Below are positions 24,153 to 36,044 of a stretch of DNA of 64,000 nt, in pieces. The DNA lies in NCBI GenBank assembly GCA_964187785.1, contig OZ076419.1:7688001-7752000 (forward strand). Direction: 5' to 3'. Positions within the stretch are counted from its first letter, which is position 1. The number at the start of each line of letters is the position of its first letter. Below the pieces are notes generated by a model. The model ran no database searches. It was not told the DNA's origin and saw only the letters and a program-made list of their open reading frames with translations. The position numbers and the translations under genes are program-made. This DNA is from Amphiscolops sp. MND2022 (lineage: Eukaryota).

Positions 24153-27020
24153 TTGAATATAAAATCCAAAAAATTAAATAAAAATGATACCCTGCGACAT
24201 CTATTGAAAGCAAAAGAGTTAGCCTTACAGGGTCCTTTAGAGCATCTGGACCAACAATTCGAAGAAGGTCAATACGATAAAAATTTGAAAGCAAAAATTT
24301 CGAAAGATCTAGCTGAAGAATGTAGACAATTTACGAAGAAAAAAGTGAAACAAAAAATCCGATTATCGCAACTTAACGAAATTGTTCATGAACTGCGAGA
24401 CACTTTTGATTCAGAAGATTCTAGAAATCTTTCGGATGCAGTAATTCCGTTAGAAGGTGACACCTTACTTTATGTACCCTTGAAGTTTAGCTCAAAACTC
24501 CGGCGACGCTCGTTGATTGATACAGGTGCGTGCTCTAGTGCGATTCCAGAGTCTCTTTACACAGAGCTGATGACAGATGCAAACGTAATGAAAACATTGG
24601 TCAAAAACGCGAAATGTAAAACAGTTCGGATGGCCTCCGGCAAATCATTACCAGTACTCGGCGAAATCGTTTTGAAACTTTTTATTCATGACAGCGAATT
24701 TGAAGAAACTTTCATGATTCTCCCAACAATGAATAGTGTTATTTTGGGAAGTCCATTTTTTCAAAATATCAAGTAGGAATTTTTCCAGGGGAAAAGTTAC
24801 TCAAGTTTCCTGATATAACTACAACTGAACGAAATAAAAAAAGCTATAACCAGGCGGAAAATTCACTCCAAAACGATAATTGTAGCTGAAACATCTCAAA
24901 GTCACGATCAAGCCAAATTCCCAAGAAGTTTTTGAATTTGAAACTTTCACGACACGATGAAAAATTCGAAGGAATGACAGGAATGGTTTTACCTGATTTA
25001 CAGTTTGAACGGAAGCACGATCTTTGCTTGTCATCTTGTCTAACAACAATAGCAACTAATAATGAATTACAATTTCTGGCTTTGAATTTAACAGATCATG
25101 TAATCACTGTCTCAAAAAATCAACCAGTCGCAAAGTTCCAGATTTTAACTCTCGATGAAGCTGAATCGTTGATACCTATACCGGCAGAAATGTTGACACT
25201 TGATAAAGCTATGAAAGGTGAAGTATTTCAGGAAATAAACCAACTAGTCCAATGTGAAGACAAAATTAAAGTACGTCAACCACAAAAACCGAAACCTGAC
25301 TACAATAATCTATGGTTTCCCACACCTGAAACGTGTGATAATCCTGAACAATTGACACCAATACCGCGTAAAATTTATGAACAACTTCATTTCCAGCAAC
25401 TCGAACAAAAAAACCCTAAACAAAATGAAGCGGATCGAAACGAATTTCTATCTAAATTCGATTGGAAGAATTCGGTTTTGACATCAGATGAAATCAGCGA
25501 GCTCGAAAACCTTCTCAACGAGTTTGAAGATATTTTTGCTAAACACCGATTCGACGTTGGTTATAACACCGAAATGAAAATTAAATTGACGCCCGAACAC
25601 TCAAATGCAGTTTATAAAGTCCGCCAACGCCAATACACCTCCGAGACGAAATGATGGTTGAATTGGCTTTTTGCAATACTACGGCATTATAACAACACTA
25701 ACAAATTCGAAGTACAGTAGCCCAATTTTCGCTCAGCGAAAGCCGTCGGGAAAATTGCGAATTTTGCATGACCTCAGAAGAATAAATCATTTGCTGCGAC
25801 ATGATTATGCCAACCACAATTTTCCTATTTCCAATATGACGGACGCTGTTAACCATTTTGCGGGAAAGAAATTGTTCACAAAATTAGATTGTTCGCAAGC
25901 GTACCCCTGCGTTCAAATGGCAGACCCGCTCTCGGTACAATTGCTTGCATTCAATTTCGCATCCAGGACATACGCATACAAAGTTTTGGCACAAGGTTTG
26001 AGTAAATCCGTTACGGGATTTAGTGCCTTTGTACGAAAATACTTGGATCAATGTCTTGCGGCTAACCTCTGCACCCAATTCATGGACGACATTGGGAGTG
26101 GAGCAGAAAACTTTGCGGAAATGAAAGAAAACTTGACCAAAATTTTCGCTAGTATCCGAAGTTCCGGACTCAAGCTTTCACCAGAAAAATGTCAATTTGG
26201 AATGTCGCAAATTTCTTTCTTAGGCAATACGATCACATCTGAGGGAATTACGCCCGAAACGAAGAAATCAGAAAAGTTTCTAGACAAAGTCAAAATACCG
26301 CAAACGGTGAAACAAGTCAAAAGACTCATCGGCTTCACACAATTTTTTCGAAGTTTCATACCAAAGTTAAACGAGAAGCTGCTACCCTTCTACAAATTGT
26401 TGCGAAAGGATGTCGATTTCAGAGTTCAAGACGACCATATCGAAAAATTTAAGCAAATTAAAACTGATCTTTCAAAAGCAACGACAACAACATTGCGTTT
26501 GGCAAAACCAAATCAACAGTACGTTATCCTTTGCGATGCTAGCTACCATTGTAGTGGTTTTGTACTCATGATAGAGGACTACATTGACAAGACGGCAGAA
26601 TCAAAAACGAGAAAGTACGCACCAGTTTCTCCCGGATCAAAAACCTTTAATGAATCACAATTGAAAATGTCTATTTATTGCAAGGAATTTCTTGCCTTGT
26701 ATTTCGCTCTTGATGCTTTCTCGCATTTCATTTGGGGCTGTGAGAAACCAGTATTGGTGCTCACTGACAACAAAAGCCTGACATCTTTCTTCGAAACGAA
26801 AGAAATACATCCTTCTCTGTGGAACTTCTTAGATCGAGTCTTGGCATACAACATTACCTTGGCGCACGTCCCAGGTCGTGCAAATGCAGCCGCAGACTTT
26901 CTTTCACGCATGGAAACAGAACCAGGAGCAACACTACAGCTTGGACTAACGGATTCATTACCAGTCAGTCCGAGAGATAAAAGTTTCGATGACAGCCAAA
27001 ACACCAGTTATCTCAATTAA
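24153..27020 (+). pseudogene. pol: Pol of element A: protease, dUTPase-like segment, RT, RNase H (broken)
   Basis: LIDTGACSS protease, QFMDDIG RT motif, ILCDAS and VLTDNKSL RNase H, HVPGRANAAADFLSR. Stops or frameshifts near 24776, 24930, 25654 and 27020. Confidence 0.93.
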
Positions 27021-27151
27021 CGAGCTTCAATTCAACAACACAACCTCAGAGAAAAACTCAACTCATGCGGAATATGAAAATATTTTGAACAAATTTCCAG
27101 GAAAAAAAACAATTCCCTGAGCTTACGAATTTTATTCGTGAAAAAGAAAGC

Positions 27152-29194
27152 ATGTGCGACTGGGAATACACAAGCTTAACAAGAGCAGAAAACAACGCAC
27201 TCCACGAACCTGATCCACTAAATGATTTTGAGATCTCTGCACATGCCACAACCTTAAACCTGAAAGCAGAACAATCGAAAGACCATACACTGCGCAAAGT
27301 TCGTAAATGGCTAGAAGAAAATTTGGACATCGACATAACCTACGAAACCCAAGAAATCAAGAAGTATGCAAAACACCGCAGTCGCCTGGTACTCGAAAAT
27401 GGTATCATCTACAGAAAATTTTTCAACGACGTTGGAGTTGTCTCGCATTTACAATACTGTGTTCCAAAGCATCTTCGATCCGAAATTTTATACAGACTAC
27501 ACAATTCCCCAACTAGTGGTCATCTGGGAATCAATAAAACAGTATACGAATTTCGAAAACGTTTCTATTTTCCAAGCTTCACGGAATATTTGCTCAACTA
27601 TGTGAAAAACTGCTCAACTTGTTTGCAAACGAAAAACATTCAGCAGAAAAGGTTACGACCACCTCTAGAATCGTTAGCATCTGATCAAAACTTACCCGGA
27701 GATGTGATGCAGATTGATCTCGTTGGTCAATTCAATGCACCGGTATACAAATACGCACTAACAGGAATCGACGTCTTTTCGAAATACCTGTTCGCGGTGC
27801 CGCTGTCTAGCATCAGCGCCGAGATTGTAGCAAAAGCGCTAGTTTCCATATTTCTGAAACACAGTTACATACCTAAACTAATTCTAGCAGATTTAGGTAC
27901 AGGTTTCCCATCCAAGCTAATGCACGAGTTGACAAACATGCTGGAAATTAAAATAAATCATGCATCTTTAAAACACGCACAAACTGTTGGTGCAGTTGAG
28001 AGAGCACATAGTGCATTCAAACGGATTTTGAAGATTAACTCAACCAGTGCATGGTCTAACTGGCATAAGTTTGTGGATATTGCAACGTTTGTACACAACA
28101 CATCTTACCATGTCTCAATCGGTACCACGCCAAGTTCAATATTTCATGGCCGAGAACCCTTGAAATCCATTGATTTGAGATTCAGTAAACATGTAAACTC
28201 GTCTCAACCATCGAGCGACTTTGTGAATGACTTGCAAGACACTCTTGTTCAGCAGTTTTGCGAAACAAAATCTCGCATTTTGAATTCATATCATCGTTAC
28301 CGAAACTACTATTATCGAAAAGCGGAAGCTCAACCGTTGAAAAAACACGAATACTGCTTGCTTTTGAACCCGTTGCTCACTGATCAGTCTAGCACTATGT
28401 CTAAAACAGTGCAGTCATGGCTGCCTCTCTACCGAGTCGAGCAGGTTCTCACGAAATCCAATTATATCATTCGAAAGGTAGGAACGCCGTTCACTCAATG
28501 CGTTCATAGACTCCGTATTAGGCCAATAAAATTACAATATACCGTTGAAGATTTGCCGAGACTTGATCCTTCCGAGATCAAACCTGATCCATCCTTAAGT
28601 CAATTTCGGAGTGAACCAGGTCTATTCGACAATGAATTGCCACAGCTGTTGAATGAACATCACACAAACATTGAAACACTCAACTTGCAGGACAGTGAAC
28701 CACAAATTGAAGTGACAACCACCCTATCATTTCCAATAGTACAACCAGCATTGGCGCTCACTAGAAGAGAACCAAACGCTCCAAGAGACAACACAACAGA
28801 CTTTAATTTGGAACGTCTCTTTGAGCAACCTGATGTGCAAACAGAAACACAGCGACCTAGACGTTCTACACGACTACAGGCGCGAATTCATCCTCGCGTT
28901 CCGTCACCAACGGCAACACCGACATCACACACGGTGTCTTGGTTCTCTGATGATGACGAAATGGCGCGAACTCTAGGTGATCAAGCTAGAGCTGCTCGAA
29001 GAGCACTTTTGTCTTCACAATTTGAAGCTAATAGAAAAACTTTAGAAGCGGTAGAATCAATGCAACAGAACACACATTCTCAACCGGTAACGAGATCCAA
29101 ATCACAAAAAACCACAAGAACTAACATTACCTTTCAACGTGAGGCAAATAAATCCAATTATTTTCTTAGATCAAACAACTATGATCGACAATGA
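27152..29194 (+). CDS. pol: Integrase of element A (HHCC zinc finger, DDE core, GPY/F-like region, long tail)
   Basis: HNSPTSGHLG...CSTC, QIDLVG, LADLG, AVERAH. Separated from the RT by frameshifts. Confidence 0.92.
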   Translation: MCDWEYTSLTRAENNALHEPDPLNDFEISAHATTLNLKAEQSKDHTLRKVRKWLEENLDIDITYETQEIKKYAKHRSRLVLENGIIYRKFFNDVGVVSHLQYCVPKHLRSEILYRLHNSPTSGHLGINKTVYEFRKRFYFPSFTEYLLNYVKNCSTCLQTKNIQQKRLRPPLESLASDQNLPGDVMQIDLVGQFNAPVYKYALTGIDVFSKYLFAVPLSSISAEIVAKALVSIFLKHSYIPKLILADLGTGFPSKLMHELTNMLEIKINHASLKHAQTVGAVERAHSAFKRILKINSTSAWSNWHKFVDIATFVHNTSYHVSIGTTPSSIFHGREPLKSIDLRFSKHVNSSQPSSDFVNDLQDTLVQQFCETKSRILNSYHRYRNYYYRKAEAQPLKKHEYCLLLNPLLTDQSSTMSKTVQSWLPLYRVEQVLTKSNYIIRKVGTPFTQCVHRLRIRPIKLQYTVEDLPRLDPSEIKPDPSLSQFRSEPGLFDNELPQLLNEHHTNIETLNLQDSEPQIEVTTTLSFPIVQPALALTRREPNAPRDNTTDFNLERLFEQPDVQTETQRPRRSTRLQARIHPRVPSPTATPTSHTVSWFSDDDEMARTLGDQARAARRALLSSQFEANRKTLEAVESMQQNTHSQPVTRSKSQKTTRTNITFQREANKSNYFLRSNNYDRQ

Positions 29195-29866
29195 GAAAAC
29201 GCAAACGATTAAAACGCTATCGAGCAAACGTAGGAAAGGCATTGCAGCTACAGTAAAAATCTTTTGCATACTGAAAAACTGAAAATGAGAAAACAACCTT
29301 TTTCGGTTAGGACAAGTGTTTGACAACAAACTTCCTTTGAACATACGCCTCTTGAACAACACAAACGTTTCTGGATCTACAAAGCCTCGAGCGCACGATT
29401 CAAGCCTCCAACAGAAATAGCACGAGAATCCATAATTTTGTGGAAAAAAAAACATTTTCACAATGAACGGTTGCAAAAACTGCGCTCGAGAAATCTTGGA
29501 GACGCTTATATTCAAGTCATTGCTGGCTTCCTTTTGCCACCGAGCGCCTTTCGGATGAGAAATAACTTTTTTCCTTCGTGGGTTCTTTTCACGCTGTTTT
29601 TCACCAAATACCATCACAAAAACAACTAGACTATATAATGCGGAATCATTCTTGCCAAAACCTGGAAGCTGATTGCAGAAGCTTGAAAGCGAAAATACTA
29701 CAGCTCCGCATACTTTATAATTTCTAGCAAAACTTACCTTTTGAAACCTCCATTGAACATCATGGGAAGTAACTTTTGGATGGATTTCATTAGTAATTCC
29801 GTCCAGGACCTTTCTCAACCCATCAATTATTAAGAGCCTAACGAACATTTGCACTTGACTAAGCAC
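29171..29866 (-). CDS. Antisense 231-codon ORF of unknown function in element A
   Basis: Long open frame in AT-rich DNA with no comparably long plus-strand frame. No motif recognised and no upstream ATG. Confidence 0.35.
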   Translation of the reverse strand: MLSQVQMFVRLLIIDGLRKVLDGITNEIHPKVTSHDVQWRFQKVSFARNYKVCGAVVFSLSSFCNQLPGFGKNDSALYSLVVFVMVFGEKQREKNPRRKKVISHPKGARWQKEASNDLNISVSKISRAQFLQPFIVKMFFFPQNYGFSCYFCWRLESCARGFVDPETFVLFKRRMFKGSLLSNTCPNRKRLFSHFQFFSMQKIFTVAAMPFLRLLDSVLIVCVFSLSIIVV

Positions 29867-30645
29867 CCCAATTACAGGGACAAAATCACAATCAAAAATT
29901 CAAAAAAATATATACTTATAAATTTTGAACGGAAAAAAGACGAGCATGTTATGGAAAACAAGACAATGTTTTCAAAAAAAGACGGACAATCAAAAATACA
30001 TCCTCGCCAAACCGTCAGATGGTTTCTCAGTAGGCCATATCGGGTCGCCAAAACCGTATTGTAAGATTTCTTCAAAAGAACTAACTTTTTTCGATGTAAT
30101 AGTTTTTGCCTCAATGAGAAATAATTGACCGACCGATAAAATACCAAATCATGATACTTTTAACCAATACGTCAATTCTAGCCTCGACACATCCACGTGA
30201 TCAGATCAAAGTACACATCACTGGAGTGTCTGTTGCCATCGAGCTATTTCGTTACAAGAGCTAACTTTTTTTGGGTCGAACGCTACACGCCCAATACCAA
30301 TCAAACATTTAGTCAACAGCTTTCAAAACTGTTAAAACAAAACACCTCCCCCCTGGCAAGAGCCCTGACAATTCGGTATACTGACACCGAGGACTTCAGC
30401 AACCAACGAGATGCAAAAAAAGGAACAAAATTTTTTTTCAGTTGGCCACACGAACAATGTTTACAACCAACACAAACAGTTGCTCACTCATGACATTTCA
30501 CAACACTATCCAGTTCAGTCCACTCACAACTCTGTAAAACAAAACAAAAATCATAAACGCAGGGAACAAACTCACCAAAAAAAGAGGGTTTATTCATTGC
30601 TCAGGCCTTTCTTCTTTAAGATACTCTTCTTTACTTTTGGCAAGT

Positions 30646-31686
30646 TCATCTGTTGTTTTTGCCCCTTTCGGAAACGCCGCTTTTTTGTGGGGGAGCCTCT
30701 ACGTCAAGTCCACGTTCCACCTGGGAACGTAATTGCATCGCTGCCTCTGACTCGCTCTGCTCTTCCTGCCGTTTGTTTGCAGCCTCCTCTTCCTCTTTCT
30801 TTTCAATAATAGCTGAGATTTGGCTCATACTCTTCTCTTTCCGCAACTCGCGGAGTGTTTTTGCCGAGAGCCCAGTGGCGAAATAATTCAGTGTTTGCCG
30901 ACTGCGCTTGGTATCGTTCCTGTCCATGGCTTCCCAGCCAGTGACAAAAGCTGGTCCCTCTGATACTATAAGGACTGAATGGCAACACAAGGCTGGCTGC
31001 GCCAGAAAAAGATCACTGGCCGACACAAAGATCTTGACATTCTCTTTCCACCCTTTAGGAGGACCATTAAGGATCAGATTAACTGTGCACTCCATCGTTT
31101 TGGTGCTTTTCAGCAAAAGTTGCGAATACTTTCTCCTGTTGGCGATGAGGAAAATTTTTAAACCCACAGGAGTGTAGGAGAGCGAATCATCCCCTCCTTC
31201 CTCTACATGCCCATCGGTATGCCATCGTCCGAGTTTTATGATTCCACTACTGTGGTGACGGGATAGATTTGAGGGAACTGAGTATTCCGCTAGATCGGTC
31301 ACACGCATGTTCCACGCTTTTGATTGAGGCGCCCACTCCTTATCGCCCAATCTACTGATGAGCCTCGATTTACCTGCTTCTGTAAATTTGTTGAAAATCT
31401 TCATGACATCTTTCTCAGTGCGGCACCTTTTGACCGCTTCCACAAAATCAACATTCAAATTAAACACATTTGCATTTCTCACCGCTATTGGCTTTTGGAA
31501 CCAGGACGAATTTCCGGTCGAATCTACATAAAGTCCAAAGTTCTTCCTGCAGGCGCATGATATAATTTCCCTCCAATCTTTGGCTTCGGGGCAATTCAGA
31601 ACAGGCACATGTTGCCAACCAAGTTCCTCTAGACCTTCTCGGCTGCCGAAATTTTCAATCAGATAATTCAATTTGCTTACTGCCAT
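30646..31686 (-). CDS. Antisense JmjC-domain (2OG-Fe(II) oxygenase, KDM2/7-like) protein, 346 aa from first ATG
   Basis: HTDGHVEEGGDDSLSYTPVGLKIFLI aligns without gaps to KDM2A [27 protein letters not shown]. Third ligand in QPALCCHSV. Confidence 0.75.
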   Translation of the reverse strand: MAVSKLNYLIENFGSREGLEELGWQHVPVLNCPEAKDWREIISCACRKNFGLYVDSTGNSSWFQKPIAVRNANVFNLNVDFVEAVKRCRTEKDVMKIFNKFTEAGKSRLISRLGDKEWAPQSKAWNMRVTDLAEYSVPSNLSRHHSSGIIKLGRWHTDGHVEEGGDDSLSYTPVGLKIFLIANRRKYSQLLLKSTKTMECTVNLILNGPPKGWKENVKIFVSASDLFLAQPALCCHSVLIVSEGPAFVTGWEAMDRNDTKRSRQTLNYFATGLSAKTLRELRKEKSMSQISAIIEKKEEEEAANKRQEEQSESEAAMQLRSQVERGLDVEAPPQKSGVSERGKNNR

Positions 31687-31903
31687 CGCTATCTCAAATA
31701 CGTGCAAAACTTAGCATGCTTCAAACACGCAACTAGATAATTTTCCAATGAATTATCTTGCTTCATCATTGCTAAAAGTATTTCGCAAAAAAAAACAAAT
31801 TTCACCGCTGAGACTTTAATTATTCTCCACTCTTTCTTACGCTAACAACTAACTGGTATTTGATAAAAACATGTAATCCTGAATGAAGTAATCAATAAAA
31901 AAA

Positions 31904-32263
31904 ATGCAACCAGAGCAAAACAACAGGGCTGAAGAGACAGTTCTTCTACTGGAGGAATCACACCTCATTCCTGGAACATCGACAGTCACATTCTACCGTC
32001 GCATCATGCGCACCACCAGTGAAAGCACGAGAATGCCTGTCAGAATACACAGCGTCACCCATGAATGATCTGTCCGTACTCCACTGGGCCCAATGGTAGT
32101 AGTGGTGGCACAAAATATGTGCCTCGAGGAACAGGTTACAATCTCTCCCTGGTGCGCAAAGCACAAGACGTTTCAACAGCACTGTAAATTGTGGGTGACA
32201 TTTCGGCAATTCATTCTTGGCACAACACAACTTCTAAAAAAACATTCACAACAAAACCTTTAA
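31904..32263 (+). pseudogene. Small 119-codon ORF upstream of env with one internal TGA
   Basis: ATG at 31904 after an A-run, single in-frame TGA at 32066-68, WCAKHKTFQQHC motif, stop at 32261-63. Confidence 0.4.
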
Positions 32264-34507
32264 CAAACTTTTTTTGCGTTTTAGTCATTTCCGAGCTTCT
32301 CACGCTGTCTCTTTCTGACAATTCATCGAAATGGGCATCAGACATTATTCCTGATCACGAGGCAAATGCTCTTTCGGAAAATGGTATCATCTTCGATCAT
32401 GAAACAAAAATCCTACTAGCGGAAAAATTCATAAATGTTGAATTTCTGGTACCATTTCCGAACTTGGACATACAATTGCACGAACATCTCAATGAATCAG
32501 TTCACGCCTTGTACCAACTTTGGAAAGAACCGAGTATATTTTGTGACTTGACATTCTCCAGTAATTTCACAACAAATGACTCAGTTTTTGACATTAAGTG
32601 GATTTTACATCACGTGCAAAATGAATCACAATTAGCTTCCACCGATCTCCAGAACTTACGTAACGAAATTTCAATACCATTGCATCCTAACGAAGAACCA
32701 CAATTCGGAAGCCAAAGTCGAGTAAAGAGAGCAGCGCCATTAGCATTTGCTGCTCTAGCTTCAGTTGGTTTATTCGGAAGTGGGATTCTGCTAGGCAGTA
32801 GTGAAGGCTGCGGACTTAGAGGAAAACAAGACAAAGCGAAGGAAAATGCAAACAACATACTTCGACTGGCCCGCATTTCCGAAAACATCGCTGAGAATGT
32901 TTACAAACTACGATCCGAATCTAACGAAAAATTCTACCTGCTGACGAATGAAGTCTCCAAGTTACATCAAATACAACAAGAACTAGCTGAAACACAAGAC
33001 AACTGGAAGATAATTGAAAATCAATTTGCTGTGTTTCAAAACAACATTCATCTATTACTAGACTGTACACAACTTCTATTCTCACGACAGCAGATGAATT
33101 TTAATTATGATACTATGGCAGCACTGTTAACAATGACACATACAAACATTAAAGCTTACTGTAGTGCATTGTACGCCTACCAGTTGAACATTGTGAATGC
33201 GATACCAACAATTTTGGCGATACCAACAGTTTTGGGACAATTTTTACCAATGTCACTAGTGCCGCGACAATCACTACTGAAGACATTAGAAGAAGTCATT
33301 ATCGAACAAGGTCAAGCTGACGATCGTTTAACATTGGCCATTCCACCAAAAGAAATTCTAGCGTACTACGAAGCGAAACTTCTGACAGATGTCACCACAT
33401 TGGAAGAAGGTCTCCTAATGACTTTATCAATACCATTGGCATCAAAACAAACATCGCTTACAGTTCATAGAGCAACACCGATTCCAATGCCGCAACCAGA
33501 ACCGACACTGGCGATGAAATGGAAAACAGAAACTCAGTTCCTCGCTATCTCGGAAGACAATCTAGAAACAGCTCTTTTGACCGAATATGATTTGGCGAAT
33601 TGCATTGGATCAGCAACCTATCAAATCTGTCATCGTTCAATTGCCACTGAACGCGGTCACGGATCGTGTTTGGCAACATTGTTCTTCAAAGGATCGTTAG
33701 AATCAATTCAAGAATGTGAAACCGAAGTGATTGAACTACCGGCTGCAGAAAAAGCAGAAAACCTTGGCTATGGAGTTTGGTTAGTGACATCGGCAACAAA
33801 AGCCTACACGTTATATGAGACTACTTCAGACTCAAACACGGCAACAGGCTTGACCAAATACCCAGGTTGTAATATTTGCATAATTACATTAGCATGTGGA
33901 AAACAACTCACGGGACCACATAACAATTCGATCTGACCTACAAACATGTAAAAGTATACCAGCGATCAAAGTTCATGTTAATTTGCCTGACCCACTGAAA
34001 CATCTTTTGAGCGAAGTTCGACCAGTAGACGAAATGCCATATTTTCCAACAAAGTCGGCTGCAGGAGTTCAAATGCTGACAGAACTTCGGCAAAAACTTC
34101 TTACGAGCCCGAAACTAGAATCAACGGACAAACTAATGGAAATAGCGAGACCCATCACGAGCAAAATGAGATCATTACGACCAACCCTGCGGGATGAACT
34201 CAGTTCGTATTCGACCTGGAAAACATCAATTGGAATGAGCATCATTTCATTTTTTGGATCAATGATACTTTATTTCATTTTCATGTTCTTCTATCATAAA
34301 TGCAAAACATGCCAAAAATATGCCCCTGACCATATGCTCAAGTTAAACGCTGGCACAAACGCAAGCACAGACATTCAACAACGAGAGACAGACACAACCA
34401 TTATCAGACGACGTGGCTCGACTGGGGACACGCTAGCCCCTGCTCAATATACATTACCTGCCCCCTTTATGAAATCGAAAAATAATAAAATAACAAAACA
34501 CTTTTAA
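32191..34507 (+). pseudogene. env: Env: class I fusion glycoprotein, one frameshift at ~33920
   Basis: Signal-like FFCVLVISELLTLSLS, furin site RVKR (32719-30), fusion peptide AAPLAFAALASVGLFG, heptad region, Cys-rich ectodomain, TM IGMSIISFFGSMILYFIFMFFY. GPH|ITIRSDL continues in the next frame. Start codon unresolved. Confidence 0.88.
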
Positions 34508-34781
34508 AGAGCTTTTTCTTATATAATTCAAGCGTAATGAATGTGTAATCATGTATCAACTGCTATTGAAAAATCATAAACAATGACTGTTTAGCTGTAT
34601 ATCATCCCTTTTAAATTGTATATCATATGACTCTTCATTTTCTCCCTTCTCCTTGACCTGGACTTCTGCGTGTGGATCGCCATCTTTTGTTCTTCTTTCT
34701 ACATAACGATCACTCCTAATCTGGAAATTGCTTCTACACGATACCGACCGGTCAATTTTTCAAACCCACTGGGAAGCTTCT

Positions 34782-34793
34782 GAAGTTGGGTAG
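34782..34793 (+). promoter_or_regulatory. Polypurine tract of element A
   Basis: GAAGTTGGGTAG directly before the 3' LTR TGTAACA. Confidence 0.6.
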
Positions 34794-35355
34794 TGTAACA
34801 TATCCATGTTACCATTGACCTGAAAAAGGCCATCGTTGATGGAATTTACCCAACAAGGAACGTTCATCACCCAAGAGATTATCGAACTTGACCTGCAAAA
34901 TAAGCAATTTATTACCAATCCTCGAATATTTAAACTCTCATCATGTTTTACCATTTTTGGTGCGGCATTTTATAAATATTGATAACCACTTCCTTCAAAC
35001 AAACGGGAAACAGGAAGTGCCAAAATTATAGATTGCAAGAAGAAAAAAGACTGACACACCAACCGAGAGACTTGCTTGCGAGAAGTTGAATATAACTTCA
35101 GTTGAATATTGTATTTGCTCTAATTTAAATTTAGAACAAAATCATCAACTTAACTCGTTTTTCTCTGTTTCTGAAGAAAAATATCAAAATTCTACGATCG
35201 ACAAAAGCTTCTACACCATCAACCGAACCCAACGCGTGGAAAAGGGAAGCTGAATACATTGTAAAAACAGAGAACTAACTTTTTCCAAAAAATAACTGGA
35301 ACTACATTTAAAAAAATAGAAAAATCCGAAGAAGCCAAAAACAAGAGATAGTACA
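34794..35355 (+). repeat. 3' LTR of element A (562 bp)
   Basis: TGTAACATATCC...GAGATAGTACA followed by TSD CCCCA. Confidence 0.95.
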
Positions 35356-36044
35356 CCCCACATTCATTTCACCCCACATTCATTTCACCCCACAATCATT
35401 TCACCCCACGTTCATTTCACCTCATTTTCACTTCACACCATATTGTAATTATACAAAAACGTCTCGCCTTAATTAACCAATTAGCAATTAAACTTTGATG
35501 CCTACTGTCTTTGAGTCAGCTTCGATTTGATTGTCAGTTTCTGACCTGTAGGATTTTTTGCCGTAGAAACACCGAATAAGAAATTTTTTGCTGAAGATTT
35601 GCAACATCCATAATTGTAAATTTTGATTGACAGAAGAAAAATTTTTTTTCAGCGCCTTTTTCAGAAGTATTACAATTCCGATAAATGAAACTATTCGGTT
35701 TCGAATTTATGGTTCACATAGAAAGCATCGTTTGCTTATCTAATTGGTAATTAGATTCAAGACGCTTTTCTATTAGCTCTAAGATTGAAGTTGGGTGGCT
35801 TTAGTAATTAATCTGAGACGCATTTGATAATTTAAATGTGGGGTGAAATGAACGTGGGGTGAAATGAACGTGGGGTGAAATGAACGTGGGGTGAAATGAC
35901 ATGGGGTGAAATGATATGGGGTGAAATGAACGTGGGATGAAATGATACTAAACCCATAGATTGACTATGAGCAAAATTGAATTTCCATGTTGAACATGTT
36001 ACGAAGAATATTCAGAAACATGTTACGTGTGCATTAACCTATAC

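Larger units (their letters stand above)
17800..35355 (+). mobile_element. Ty3/Gypsy element A: env-bearing LTR retroelement, decayed
   Basis: TG...CA LTRs and 5-bp TSD CCCCA (17795-99, 35356-60). PBS, gag-PR-RT-RH-INT order, env and PPT. Confidence 0.95.
17762..35954. mobile_element. ~630-bp hAT-like MITE with subterminal 16-bp repeat arrays, split by Gypsy element A
   Basis: 8-bp TSD CATAGATT (17754-61, 35955-62) and imperfect GGT...ACC termini. ATTTCACCCCACGTTC repeats at the left end (17770-17799, 35356-35425) and inverted at 35836-35945. Confidence 0.75.
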
